The notes below the pieces were generated by a model, which did no database searches, had not been told where the DNA came from, and was given only the letters and a program-made list of their open reading frames with translations. Both the position numbers and the translations under genes were made by a program. DNA of 64,000 nt from Malacoraja senta. Its lineage: Eukaryota. The number at the start of each line of letters is the position of its first letter. The first letter of the stretch is position 1. The DNA lies in assembly GCA_038087875.1 (NCBI GenBank), contig CM075994.1, positions 8,000,001 to 8,064,000 of the forward strand. Reading direction: 5' to 3'. This document shows positions 55,001-64,000 of this stretch, piece by piece.

Positions 55001-58000
55001 TTGTAGATTAATTGGCCTCGGTAAAAATTGTAAAATATGTCTAGTGTACGGGGTGATCGCTGGTCAGCGCGGACTCAGTGGGCCGAAGGGCCTGTTTCCG
55101 CGATGTATCTCTCTAGTCGATACACTTAAGGCAGAGATAGATAGATCCTTAATTAGTACGGGTGTCAGAGGTTATGGGGAGAAGGCAGGAGAATGGGGTT
55201 GGGAGGGAGAGATCGATCAGCTAAATGAGTGGCGGACAAGGCCAAACCTGCATGGCTTTCATGAGCAAGGGGTGGGGATCTTCGAAATGCCCGTCGCCTT
55301 TCTGTTCCTTGATCAGGTAGGAGACCGACTCGGAGACGATCCTCTCGTTCACCGCCAAGTGCCGCTTCACAATGGAGAATATTTTGACAATAAACGCCGT
55401 CAGCCTGAGAGGAAACAGTTCATTAGTTGTGTGAGGGCCCGGCATGCACTGGAGCTGCAGGTAACTGCGCGATAACCTCACCAGTCCACCCACCCCTGAC
55501 TGTGTAGGAGTAAAGAGGCCCTTCTGCAGCTGTACAGGGCCCCGGTGAGATCACACCTGGAGTATTGTGTGCAGTTTTGGTCTCCTAATTTGAGGAAGGA
55601 CATCCTTGCTATTGAGGCAGTGCATCGTAGGTTCACCAGGTTAATTCCCGGGATGGCGGGACTAATTGGAAAGATTGGAAAGACTGGGCTTGTATACACT
55701 TTAACTTTAACTTGAACTTGAATTTAGAAGGAAGAGAGGGCATCTTATGGAAATGTATAACATTATAAAAGGACTGGACAAGCTAGATGCAGGAAAAATG
55801 TTCCCAATGTTAGGGGAGTGCAGAACCGGGGGCCACAGACTAAGAATAAAGGGGAGGCCATTTAAAACTGAGATGAGAAAAAAACTTTTTCACCCAGAGA
55901 GTTGTGAATTTGTGGAATTCTCTGCCACAGTGGAGGACAATTCACAAGACAAATTAAAAAGAGAGTTAGATAGATTGTCCAATGTCCCTCCTAACCCTAA
56001 TCTCCTGCCTTCTCCCCATAACCCCTGACACCCGTACTAATCAAGAATCTATCTATCTCTGCCTTAAATATATCCATTGACTTGGCCACCACAGCCTTCT
56101 GTGGCAAAGAATTCCGCAGATTCACCACCGTCTGGCTAATTCACGTTCTAAAGGAACGTCCTTTAATTCTGAGGCTGTGACCTCTAGTCCTAGACTCTCC
56201 CACTAGTGGAAACATCCTCCCCACATCCACTCTATCCAGGCCTTTCACTGTTCGGTAATTTTCAATGAGACCCCCCTCATCCAGAGATAGAGAGCGGAAA
56301 CAGGCCCTTCAGCCCACGGAGTCGGTGCCGACCAGCGATCCCGAACACCAGCACTATCCTACACACATAGATACATAGATACATAGAAAATAGGTGCAGG
56401 AGTAGACCATTCGGCCCTTCGAGCCTGCACCGCCATTCAATATGATCATGGCTGATCATCCAACTCAGTATCCCGTACCTGCCTTCTCTCCATACCCCCT
56501 GATCCCCTTTAGCCACAAGGGCCACATCTAACTCCCTCTTAAATATAGCCAATGAACTGGCCTCAACTACCCTCTGTGGCAGAGAGTTCCAGAGATTCAC
56601 CACTCTCTGTGTGAAAAAGTTTTTCCTCATCTCGGTCTTAAAGGATTTCCCCCTTATCCTTAAGCTGTGACCCCTTGTCCTGGACTTCCCCAACATCGGG
56701 AACAATCTTCCTGCATCTAGCCTGTCCAACCCCATAAGAATTTTGTACGTTTCTATAAGATCCCCTCTCAATCTCCTAAATTCTAGCGAGTATAAGCCAA
56801 GTCTATCCAGTCTTTCTTCATATGAAAGTCCTGACATCCCAGGAATCAGTCTGGTGAACCTTCTCTGCACTCCCTCTATGGCTATAATGTCCTTCCTCAG
56901 ATTTGGAGACCAAAACTGTACGCAATACTCCAGGTGTGGTCTCACCAAGAACCTGTACAATTGCAGTAGAACCTCCCTGCTCCTATACTCAAATCCTTTT
57001 GCTATGAAAGCTAACATACCATTCGCTTTCTTCACTGCCTGCTGCACCTGCATGCCTACTTTCAATGACTGGTGTACCATGACACCCAGGTCTCGCTGCG
57101 TCTCCCCATTTCCTAATCGGCCACCATTTAGATAATAGTCTGCTTTCCTGTTTTTGCCACCAAAGTGGATAACCTCACATTTATCCACATTATACTGCAT
57201 CTGCCAAACATTTGCCCACTCACCCAGTCTATCCAAGTCACCTTGCAGTCTCCAAGCACCCTCCTCACAGCTAACACTGCCCCCCAGCTTAGTGTCATCT
57301 GCAAACTTGGAGATGTTGCCTTCAATTCCCTCATCCAGTTCATTAATATAAATTGTAAATAGCTGGGGTCCCAGCACTGAGCCTTGCGGTACCCCACTAG
57401 TCACTGCCTGCCATTGTGAAAAGGACCCGTTAATCCTACTCTTTGCTTCCTGTTTGCCAGCCAGTTCTGTATCCACATCAATACTGAACCCCCAATACCG
57501 TGTGCTTTAAGTTTGTATACTATTCTCTTATGTGGTACCTTGTCGAAAGCCTTCTGAAAGTCCAGATACAACACATCCACTGGTTCTCCCCTATCCACTC
57601 TACTAGTTACATCCTCGAAAAATTCTATAAGATTCGTCAGACGTGATTTACCTTTCGTAAATCTATGCTGACTTTGTCCAATGATTTCACCACTTTCCAA
57701 ATGTGCTGCTATCCCATCTTTAATAACTGACTCTAGCAGTTTCCCCACTACCGATGTTAGACTAACTGGTCTGTAATTCCCCGTTTTCTCTCTCCCTCCC
57801 TTCTTAAAAAGTGGGGTTACGTTTGCTACCCTCCAGTCCTCAGGAACTACTCCAGAATCTAAAGAGTTTTGAAAAATTATCACTAACCAGGTAGAATTTA
57901 CAATTGAAACATTTTTCACCGAAGCCAATTAACCTACAAACCCTTGTGTAGGGACGAATTGCAGATGCTGGTTTAAGTAAGTAAGTAAGTAAGTTTATTG

Positions 58001-61000
58001 GCCAAGTATTCACATACAAGGAATTTGCCTTGGTGCTCCGCCCACAAGTAACATCATGACCTACAGTGACAGATACGAATGACTCCGAAAACACTAAACA
58101 TTAATGATAAAACACCATTGATCAAGCATGTGAACCGGTTGAAAGAAGGGTCTTAACCCGAAAAGTCACATCTTCCTATTCACCGGAGATGCTGCCTGAC
58201 CCTGTGTGTCACCTCCTTGTCAGCGAACAATGAACCATTCTACATTTCCTTATCGTCTACTTAGATCTGACCTTTCCCTTCCCTAGACTCCCTCTCCCCT
58301 GACTCTCAGTCTGAAGAAACGTCACCCATTCCTTCTCCCCAGGGACGCTGCCCGTCCCGCTGAGTTACTCCAGCATTTTGTGACTATCTTCGATTTAAAC
58401 CAGCATCTGCAGTACTTTCCAACACAAATATCTATCTCTCCCTCCTAACCCCATTCTCCTGCCTTCTCCCCATAACCCCTGACACCCGTACTAATCAAGA
58501 ATCTATCTGTCTCTGCCATAAATATATCCGCTGACCACCCACCATGTGCTGCTGGGGTGAGTTTTCCACGCCCCATAAGATCCATCGTCTTTCTTGAACT
58601 CCAAGATCTTGATGTAGCCTGGAAACAGAAAATTGCACCAGATCAATTCCTCGTCAGGACCGAACCCGTACAGACAGCACCCGTAATCAGGATCGAACCC
58701 GGGTCTCTGGCGATGTAAGGCAGCAACTCTACCGCTGCGCCACCATGCCGCCTATGGCAACAATAGACAGGAGTGAGGTTCTGGGTCTTGGATGAAGTTA
58801 ATGTTACTTGGGAATGAGGATCAGGGGTCATGGATTAAGGTGACTTTAATCGGGAATGGGATTAGGGTCGTGGATTCAGGTGACGTTGGTCGGGAATGGG
58901 AATCAGGGTCATGGAGTAAGGTGACATTGGTCGGGAATGGGAATCAGGGTCATGGAGTAAGGTGACATTGGTCGGGAATGGGAATCAGGGTCATGGAGTA
59001 AGGTGACATTGGTCGGGAATAGGAATCAGGGTCGTGGATTGAGGTGACGTTCGTTGGGAATGGAGATCACGGTCAAGGATTGAGGTGACGTTAATCGGAA
59101 ATGAGGATTAGGGACACCGATTGGAGTGACATTAATCGGGAATTGGGATCAGGGTCATGGATTAAGGTGTCGTTAGTCGGGAATTGGGACCAGGGTCATG
59201 GATTAAGGTGCCATTAGTTGAAAATTTGGATCAATGTCAAGGTGACGTTAATCGGGAATGGGGATCAGGGTCATGAATTAAATTGGCGTTAATCGGGAAT
59301 GGGATCAGGGACATGGATTATGATGGCATTCGTTGGGAATGAGATCAGGGACATGGATTAAGGTGTCATTAGTTGGGAATGGATATAACGGGGTCATAGA
59401 TTAAATTGACGTTAATCAGGAATGGGATCAAGGTCATGGATTAAAATGAGATTAGTTGGGAATGAAGATCAGGGGCACGGATTAAGGTGACATTAATCGG
59501 GAATGAGGATCAGGGGCACGGATTACGATTACGTTAAGTAGTAAGAAAACTGCAGATGCTGGTTTAAATCGAAGATAGACACAAAATGCTGGAGTAACTC
59601 AGCGGGACAGGCAGCATCTCTGGAGAGAAGGAATGGGTGACGTTTCGGGTCGAGACCCTTCTTCAGACTGATGACAGGGGAGGGGGCGGGACAAAGATAG
59701 AATGTAGTCGGAGACAGTCAGACTAGTGGGAGAACTGGGAAGGGGAGGGGATGGAGAGAGAGGGAAAGCAAGGGTTACTTGAAGTTAGAGAAGTCAATGT
59801 TCATACCGCTGGGGTGTAAAACTACCCAAGCAAAATATGAGGTGCTGTTCCTCCAATTAGCGCTGGGTCCCACTCTGACAGTGGAGGAGGCCCAGGACAG
59901 AAAGGTCAGTGTGGGAATGGGAGGGAGAGTTGAAGTGCTGGGCCACAGGGAGATCCCAGTTCTTCCACTAGTCTTAGTCTCCGACTACATTCTATCTTTG
60001 TCCCGCCCCCTCCCCAGACACCAGTCTGAAGAAGGGTCTCGACCCGAAACGTCACCCATTCCTTCTCTCCACAGATGCTGCCCGTCCCGCTGAGTTACTC
60101 CAGCGTTTTGCGTCTATCTTAAGATGGCTTTAGTTGGGAATGGGATCAGGGTCATGGATTAAGGTGACACTAATTGGGAATGAGGATCAGGGTCACGGAT
60201 TAAGATAACGTTCGTTGGGAATTGGGGTCATGGAGCACGGATGAAGGTGCGGGGGGTCGGGAGGAGAAGATTCGCACCTGTCTCGATGTGGAGCAGCGCC
60301 TGGTCCTTGCGTTCGGCTGTGAGGGAGAGCCACTGCTCACTCTGGTCCAGGTATTCCACGGCAAAGACGGTGGGGGCCATGTGCATGGCCGTCTGCTCCG
60401 CACAGCCCGTCGGCACCTTGATGAGTTTGTCAATCCCAGCCGCGCTCAGCGAGTTCACCACCGCGTTACCCAGGATGGTCCCTACAGAAGACCAGAAGAC
60501 CATGAATCCATGACTATAAGACCATGAAGATAAGACCATGAAGATAAGACCATGAAGATAAGACCATGAGGATAAGATCATGAAGATAAGACCATGAAGA
60601 TAAGACCATGAAGATAAGACCATGAGGATAAGATCATGAAGATAAGAACCATGAAGATAAGACCATGAGGATAAGATCATGAAGATAAGACCATGAGGAT
60701 AAGACCATGAAGATAAGACCATGAAGATAAGACCATGAAGATAAGACCATGAGGATAAGATCATGAAGATAAGACCATGAGGATAAGACCATGAGGATAA
60801 GACCATGAGGATGAGACCATGAGGATAAGACCATGAAGATAAGATCATGAAGATAAGACCATGAAGATAAGATCATGAAGATAAGACCATGAGGATAAGA
60901 TCATGAAGATAAGACCATGAGGATGAGACCATGAGGATAAGACCATGAAGATAAGATCATGAAGATAAGACCATGAGGATAAGATCATGAAGATAAGACC

Positions 61001-62962
61001 ATGAGGATAAGACCATGAGGATAAGACCATGAAGATAAGATCATGAAGATAAGACCATGAGGATAAGATCATGAAGATAAGATCATGAAGATAAGACCAT
61101 GAGGATAAGACCATGAAGATAAGATCATGAAGATAAGACCATGAAGATAAGACCATGAGGATAAGACCATGAAGATAACCCCATGAAGATGAGACCATGA
61201 AGATAAGACCATGAAGATAAGACCATGTCCATAAGACCATGAAGATAAGACCATGTCCATAAGACCATAAGACCATTAGACCATAAGACATAAATCACAC
61301 CATAAGACCATAACAACAAGGTGGCACAGCAGTAGAGTTGCTGCCTCACAGCGTCAGAGACCCGGGTTCGATTTTGACTCTGTGTGGAGTTTGCACCTTC
61401 TCCCCGTGACCTGCGTGGGTTTTCTCCGGGTGCTCCGGTTTCTACCACACTTCAAAGACGTGCAGGTTTGTAGGCTAATTGGCTTGGAATAAATGTAAAA
61501 ATTGTCCCTAGTGTGTGTAGGATAGCGTTAATGTGCGGAGATACTGGTCGGCGCAGATTCGGTGGGCCGAAGGGCCTGTTTCCGCTCTGTATCTCCAAAC
61601 AAAACTAAAGTAGAAGTACAGCACAGGACTTCGGCCCACAATGTCTGTGCTGAACATGAAGCCAAGACCAATTAATCTCCTCTCCCTGCATGTCCATGTG
61701 CCCGTCTCCGGTAAAAGCCACTTAAACATCACTATCGTATCTGCCTCTACCACCACCCCTGGCAGCGTGATCCAGGCATCCACTACTCTCTCTGTAAATA
61801 GGTTGCCCCGCACATCTCCTTTAAACTTTGCCCCTCTCACCTTACAGCTCCGCACAGACAGCACCCGTGGTCAGGATGGAACCCGGGTCTGTGGCGCTGT
61901 GAGGCAGCAACTCTACCGCTGAGCCACCCTGTCTCCTGTTTGGAGATAAAGCGCGGAAACAAGCGCTTCGGCCCACCGAGTCCGCGCCGACCAGTGATCA
62001 CCCCGTACACTAGTTTAGTTTAGAGATACAGTGTGTAAACAAATCGGTAGTAAAGAAAGCAAACTCAACGCTAGCATTTATTTCAAGTGGGCTTGTATAC
62101 ACAAACAGGGATGTAATGCTGAGGCTCTATAAGGCGTTGGTCAGGCCCCATCTGGGATATTGAGAGCAATTTTGGGCACCATATCTGAGAAAGGATGTGC
62201 TGGCTCTGGAGAGGGTCCAGAGAAGGTTTATAAGGATGATCCCAAGCAATGAGTGGGTTAACCTATGATGAGCATTTGACGGTACTCGCTGGAGTTTAGA
62301 AGGATGAGGGGAACACCTCATTGAATCTTACTGAATATTGAAAGGCCTGGATAGAGTGGATGTGGAGAGGATGTTTCCACCAGTGGGAGAGTCTAGGACC
62401 AGAAGTCATAGCATCAGAATTAAAGGACGTTCCTTTAAGAAGGAGATGAGGAGGAATTTCTTTAGTCAGATGGTGGTGAATCTGTGGAATTCATTGCCGC
62501 AGAAGGCCGTGGAGGCCAAGTCAGTGAATATTTTTAAGGCAGAGATAGATAGATTTTTTGTTTAGTACTGGTGTCAGGGGTTATGGGGAGAAGGCTGGAG
62601 AATGGGGTTGGGAGGGAGAGATATACCGGCCATGATTGAATGGCGGAGTAGACTTGATGGGCCGAATGGCCTAATTCTACTCCTATCACTTCTGACTTTA
62701 TGACGTTGTGAAACAGGGACTTTTGGCCCACCGAGTCCACGCCAACCAGCGATCCCCAGCAACTCTACCGCTGCACCACTGTGCCATCCCCACCCTGTTG
62801 TTAACAATGGTTTGTTAACATTGGCCACCATCTTGCCTCCAGCAGGCAGGTTAGGAACTGACTCTGTGCCATATTTACCAGTGGGTTTGATGTAGACGTA
62901 ATTTCTGGCATCGGGAACAACATTGGTTGGTGAACGTTCCAAAATTTCAATGGATCTTTTCT
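16645..62962 (-). CDS. C4: Complement C4-like gene, 3' half (partial, multi-exon span; 5' part lies beyond the right end of the window)
   Basis: 16 GT-AG exons that translate colinearly with the C4 alpha chain (CUB/TED), alpha-gamma junction, MG8, anchor and C345C regions. Phases are compatible except across the gap and at the exon-40 equivalent. Thioester Cys/Gln plus a basic alpha-gamma site argue for C4 over C3, C5 or A2M. Confidence 0.93.
16882..19165. repeat. Long compound (CA)n/(CACT)/(CAGA) microsatellite
   Basis: Direct reading. Confidence 0.98.
19170..20215. repeat. G-rich polypurine minisatellite (GGGAGAGGATGAGGG...GGGGAGT units)
   Basis: Direct reading; many G-runs. Confidence 0.95.
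20235..20362 (-). CDS. C4: C4 exon (~exon 40), frameshifted as assembled; corrected reading [43 protein letters not shown]
   Basis: ccccag|AT...GCAA|gtgagt; 128 bp; matches human [23 protein letters not shown] only if one base is added near 20343-20346 and one near 20283-20284. Confidence 0.85.
21090..21582. mobile_element. CpG-rich MITE, PIF/Harbinger-like
   Basis: TIR GGCTCTGTCCCACGG / CCGTGGGACAGGCC; subterminal inverted GGTTACTGGCGGT; TAA and TTTA flanks. Confidence 0.7.
21841..22318 (-). mobile_element. CR1 3' fragment
   Basis: Same family as 3098-4323. Confidence 0.9.
23500..24495 (-). mobile_element. CR1 LINE of a second subfamily (RT C-terminal half, degraded)
   Basis: QRDLGI.VH.SLK and [15 protein letters not shown] motifs. 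Confidence 0.88.
24603..24689 (-). CDS. C4: C4 exon (~exon 39): [29 protein letters not shown]
   Basis: ctttcag|CC...AACG|gtaagt; 87 bp, phase 1/1; C345C-like. Confidence 0.82.
24918..25195 (+). mobile_element. tRNA-headed SINE (HE1/V-SINE-like), representative copy; others at ~1530-1835(-), 22430-22632(-), 29150-29430(-), 53140-53445(-), 61320-61610(+)
   Basis: A box GGTGGCGTAGCGGTAG, B box GGTTCGATCC, CR1-like tail GGGCCGAAGGGCCTGTTTCC, (AAACT)n end. Confidence 0.85.
25627..25719 (-). CDS. C4: C4 exon (~exon 38): [31 protein letters not shown]
   Basis: ccactag|GT...TATG|gtacgt; 93 bp; R..FACY.P.V+Y is C4-typical. Confidence 0.92.
27261..27464 (+). mobile_element. LTR of a gypsy-like LTR retrotransposon
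   Basis: TGTA...TACA termini, AATAAA at 27417-27422, followed directly by the tRNA-Leu PBS TGGTGTCAGAAGTGGGAT. Confidence 0.8.
27445..27752 (+). repeat. 48-bp tandem array (6 units plus 20 bp): LTR end + tRNA-Leu 3' complement
   Basis: Unit GTTCGAGTCGACTCATTACA-TGGTGTCAGAAGTGGGATTCGAACCCAC; one substitution, at 27723. Confidence 0.95.
27925..28014 (-). CDS. C4: C4 exon (~exon 37): [29 protein letters not shown](G)
   Basis: ctttcag|CT...GCAG|gtaaac; 90 bp; anchor LC...VC.CA motif. Confidence 0.92.
28382..28810. mobile_element. 429-bp non-autonomous DNA transposon (hAT or P superfamily)
   Basis: ~33-bp imperfect TIR starting CAAAGATCCT; perfect 8-bp TSD CTATCTAC at 28374-28381 and 28811-28818. 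Confidence 0.88.
29431..29630. other. Assembly gap (200 N)
   Basis: Run of N. Confidence 1.
31597..31699 (-). CDS. C4: C4 exon (~exon 34): [34 protein letters not shown]
   Basis: tttgaag|G...CAG|gtcagc; 103 bp; GMA+.D+TLLSG motif. Confidence 0.9.
31876..32751. mobile_element. 876-bp TIR element with two inverted THAP-domain relics (ISL2EU/PIF-like), inserted in a CR1
   Basis: TIR AGGGAGGTTTCACGG / CCGTGAAACCTCCCT; AT (or TATA) duplication inside CR1 GTATACAAAAACAGGG; RVCSLHF motif. Confidence 0.8.
32752..33355 (+). mobile_element. CR1 3' fragment (5' part at 31830-31875)
   Basis: ORF2 C-terminal motifs and tail. Confidence 0.88.
34007..34106 (-). CDS. C4: C4 alpha-gamma junction exon (~exon 33): [33 protein letters not shown](W)
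   Basis: cttccag|CT...ATGTG|gtgagc; 100 bp, phase 1/2; basic site followed by V.Y.VC.W. Confidence 0.85.
34253..34780. repeat. (GGAGAC)/(GGAGAG) polypurine repeats
   Basis: Direct reading. Confidence 0.95.
34900..35340 (+). mobile_element. Rex1/Babar-type LINE 3' fragment; another at 50985-51465
   Basis: D.SHPG..LF.PLPSG+RYRS....TSRFR.SFFP..IR.LN C-terminus. Confidence 0.75.
35849..35939 (-). CDS. C4: C4 exon (~exon 32): [30 protein letters not shown]
   Basis: attccag|TTA...CATG|gtaagt; 91 bp, phase 0/1; C..L.+.+T+K pattern of the MG8 start. Confidence 0.82.
35949..36915 (-). mobile_element. CR1 3' fragment whose ~78-bp 3' end is repeated 7 times in tandem (35949-36512)
   Basis: Units start at 35971, 36049, 36127, 36205, 36284, 36362 and 36440; ORF end at 36507-36915. 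Confidence 0.9.
37242..37885. repeat. 16-bp minisatellite CATGGTCAAACTGGTG (~40 units)
   Basis: Direct reading. Confidence 0.95.
38527..40867 (+). mobile_element. Vingi/ingi-like (I-group) LINE, 5'-truncated, interrupted by a CR1
   Basis: [21 protein letters not shown] and [11 protein letters not shown] motifs; resumes at QHIIEACP; (TAAA)n tail; TSD AACAAGAYAACTG. Confidence 0.8.
39249..40746 (+). mobile_element. CR1 LINE, 5'-truncated, with a 377-aa RT ORF
   Basis: RT motifs; AATGC duplicated at 39244-39248 and 40747-40751. Confidence 0.95.
40978..41037 (-). CDS. C4: C4 exon (~exon 31): [20 protein letters not shown]
   Basis: ccactag|TTC...AAT|gtgagt; 60 bp; resembles human [20 protein letters not shown]. 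Confidence 0.88.
42720..45450. mobile_element. Cluster of CR1 3' fragments around exon 30, including a head-to-head pair at 44330-44820(-) and 44828-45450(+)
   Basis: ORF2 C-terminal motifs on both strands. Confidence 0.85.
43427..43582 (-). CDS. C4: C4 exon (~exon 30): [52 protein letters not shown]
   Basis: ttgacag|GAC...AAG|gtaaga; 156 bp; STQ|DTV+AL+AL continuation. Confidence 0.92.
45610..46260. repeat. G-rich ~30-bp minisatellite (GGTTCCCTGTGGGGGGGTCATCATGAGGG)
   Basis: Direct reading; abuts the exon-29 donor. Confidence 0.93.
46266..46468 (-). CDS. C4: C4 exon (~exon 29): [68 protein letters not shown]
   Basis: ccggtag|AC...CAG|gtaccc; 203 bp; VETTAY.LL and WL..Q..YGGGF.STQ motifs. 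Confidence 0.93.
47835..48003 (-). CDS. C4: C4 exon (~exon 28): [56 protein letters not shown]
   Basis: ctctag|AGG...GCTG|gtaaac; 169 bp; AITAYAL motif. Confidence 0.92.
48065..50142 (-). mobile_element. Longest CR1 copy (~2.1 kb), 5'-truncated, with an internal stop
   Basis: [19 protein letters not shown] and FADD motifs. Confidence 0.95.
52131..52244 (-). CDS. C4: C4 exon (~exon 27): [38 protein letters not shown]
   Basis: ctgcag|GGA...CTG|gtacgt; 114 bp, phase 0/0; SLTAFV.+AL motif. Confidence 0.93.
52425..53140. repeat. 21-bp minisatellite CATGTCATCAGTTCTGGGCAC
   Basis: Direct reading. Confidence 0.95.
53450..53985 (+). mobile_element. CR1 3' fragment
   Basis: [21 protein letters not shown] motif; ACTCTATG tail. 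Confidence 0.88.
55248..55404 (-). CDS. C4: C4 isotype exon (~exon 26): [52 protein letters not shown]
   Basis: ctctcag|G...CAG|gtttgg; 157 bp; WLTAF and Q..DG.F.D motifs. Confidence 0.94.
56365..57885 (-). mobile_element. CR1 LINE, 5'-truncated, frameshifted
   Basis: RT motifs, near-identical to 48065-50142. Confidence 0.95.
58543..58618 (-). CDS. C4: C4 exon (~exon 25): [25 protein letters not shown](W)
   Basis: tttccag|GC...CATG|gtgggt; 76 bp; matches the TED GY..F+K.DGSY.AW...SSTW motif. Confidence 0.93.
58780..60235. repeat. Diverged ~40-bp minisatellite (GGGAATGGGATCAGGGTCATGGATTAAGGTGACATTAATC), interrupted by a Penelope fragment with inverted ends (59540-60120)
   Basis: Direct reading. 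Confidence 0.85.
59639..59666 (-). ncRNA. Minimal hammerhead-ribozyme-type motif in a Penelope pLTR (representative; many copies)
   Basis: CTGAAGA-AGGGTC-TC-GACCC-GAAA-C-GTC fits CUGANGA / stem II / GAAA / palindromic ACGU / GUC. Confidence 0.55.
60278..60481 (-). CDS. C4: C4 thioester exon (~exon 24): [68 protein letters not shown](G)
   Basis: ctgtag|GG...ACAG|gtgcga; 204 bp; GCAEQ at 60393-60407. Confidence 0.95.
60490..61312. repeat. 14-bp minisatellite ACCATGAAGATAAG grading into the 8-mer ATAAGACC
   Basis: Direct reading. Confidence 0.95.
62050..62700 (+). mobile_element. CR1 3' fragment
   Basis: ORF2 C-terminal motifs. Confidence 0.85.
62879..62962 (-). CDS. C4: C4 exon (~human exon 23): [27 protein letters not shown](G)
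   Basis: ttctccag|AG...ACTG|gtaaat; 84 bp, phase 1/1; resembles human [27 protein letters not shown]. Confidence 0.85.
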
Positions 62963-63039
62963 CTGGAGAAGCAAAACAAAGGTTTAGTTTTAGTTGGAAG
63001 GAACTGCAGATGCTGGTTTACACTGAAGATAGACACAAA

Positions 63040-63575
63040 TATCCAAGGACCCCGACAGTCCTTTCAGGTGAGGCAGAGGTTCACTTGCACCACCTCCAAC
63101 CTCATCTACTGTATCCGCTGTTCCAGGTGTGGACTCCTGTACATCGGTGAGACCAAGCGCAGGCTCGGCGATCGTTTCACTGGACACCTCCGCTCAGTCC
63201 GCCTAAACCTACCTGATCTCCCGGTTGCCAAACACTTCAACTCCTCCTCCCATTCCCACACTGACCTTTCTGTCCTGGGCCTCCTCCACTGTCAGAGTGG
63301 GACCCAGCGCTAATTGGAGGAACAGCACCTCATATTTCACTTGGGCAGTTTACACCCCAGCGGTATGAACATTGACTTCTCCAACTTCAAGTAACCCTTG
63401 CTTTCCCTCTCTCTCCATCCCCTCCCCCTTCCCAGTTCTCCCACCAGTCTTATTGTCTCCGACTACATTCTATCTCTGTCCCGCCCACTCCCCTGACGTC
63501 AGTCTGAAGATGAGTCTCGACCCGAAACGTCACCCATTCCTTCTCTCCAGAGATGCTGCCTGTCCCGCTGAGTTA
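63040..63575 (+). mobile_element. Penelope-like element fragment (GIY-YIG endonuclease and pLTR); related pieces at 8920-9930, 29790-30460, 41090-41590
   Basis: [34 protein letters not shown] motif with Cys-x2-Cys. Confidence 0.88.
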
Positions 63576-63593
63576 TGGACCCGTCCCACTTAA

Positions 63594-64000
63594 AGGCCTG
63601 TCTCACGAGTTTGCGGTCATTGGCGGTGAAACAGGAAGTATCTACCGCTCGTGGACCGCCAGAGACCGCGGGTTCGGTCCAACGCACACCGCCGGGGTCG
63701 TGCGGGGTTGGTCCCAACCCCGCACGGTGCTCACAAAAAAACAACAATGTCGAAAAATCTTTTCCTACCGCACAGCCGCCGCCAGTGAGGCACGAGTGCG
63801 GCACGGGCACCGCCACAGCCGCCACCAGTGCGGCACGAGCGCCGTGAGTCCAACTTTCACCGCCACGGCCGGCGCCAGTGAGGCACGTGTGCTGCACGGG
63901 CACCGCCACAGCCCCGCGATCCGAAATGACGTCATCGCGTAGCGCGTCGTGTCGCGTGATGTCGTCATCACCCGACGCCGCAAGCTCGTGGAACCGGCCG
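63594..64000. mobile_element. Related Harbinger-like MITE, truncated by the window end
   Basis: TAA|AGGCCTGTCTCACG start; shares TGACGTCATCGCG with the 21090 element. Confidence 0.6.

Noticed and set aside
16645..62962. C3, C5 or alpha-2-macroglobulin identity
   Set aside because: C345C domain excludes A2M; intact Cys/Gln excludes C5; alpha-gamma basic site and FACYxP favour C4 over C3 (a phylogeny would confirm)

Overview
Vertebrate genomic DNA, most likely from a cartilaginous fish (skate/ray-like repeat content; species not determinable here). The one host gene is the 3' half of a complement C4-like gene on the minus strand. I reconstructed 16 coding exons by hand from GT-AG boundaries, 62962 down to 16645; phases match except across the assembly gap and at one frameshifted exon. 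They correspond to human C4 exons 23-34 and 37-41 (human numbering from recall); exons 35-36 are not visible and probably lie in the 200-N gap at 29431-29630. The protein is atypical. The thioester reads GCAEQTA, Met sits at the catalytic His/Asp isotype position, and the alpha-gamma exon is short, with no acidic sulfotyrosine tract. The exon-40 equivalent has two 1-bp deletions. A ~10.1-kb tandem duplication places a second identical terminal exon at 6531-6672. The rest is mostly transposons: CR1, HE1/V-type SINEs, Penelope fragments with hammerhead-type motifs, Rex1/Babar, Vingi and several TIR elements, plus many micro- and minisatellites. The most unusual non-genic structure is a ~204-bp LTR followed by six 48-bp units, each joining the LTR end to a 28-29-nt copy of the mature tRNA-Leu 3' end (27261-27752).
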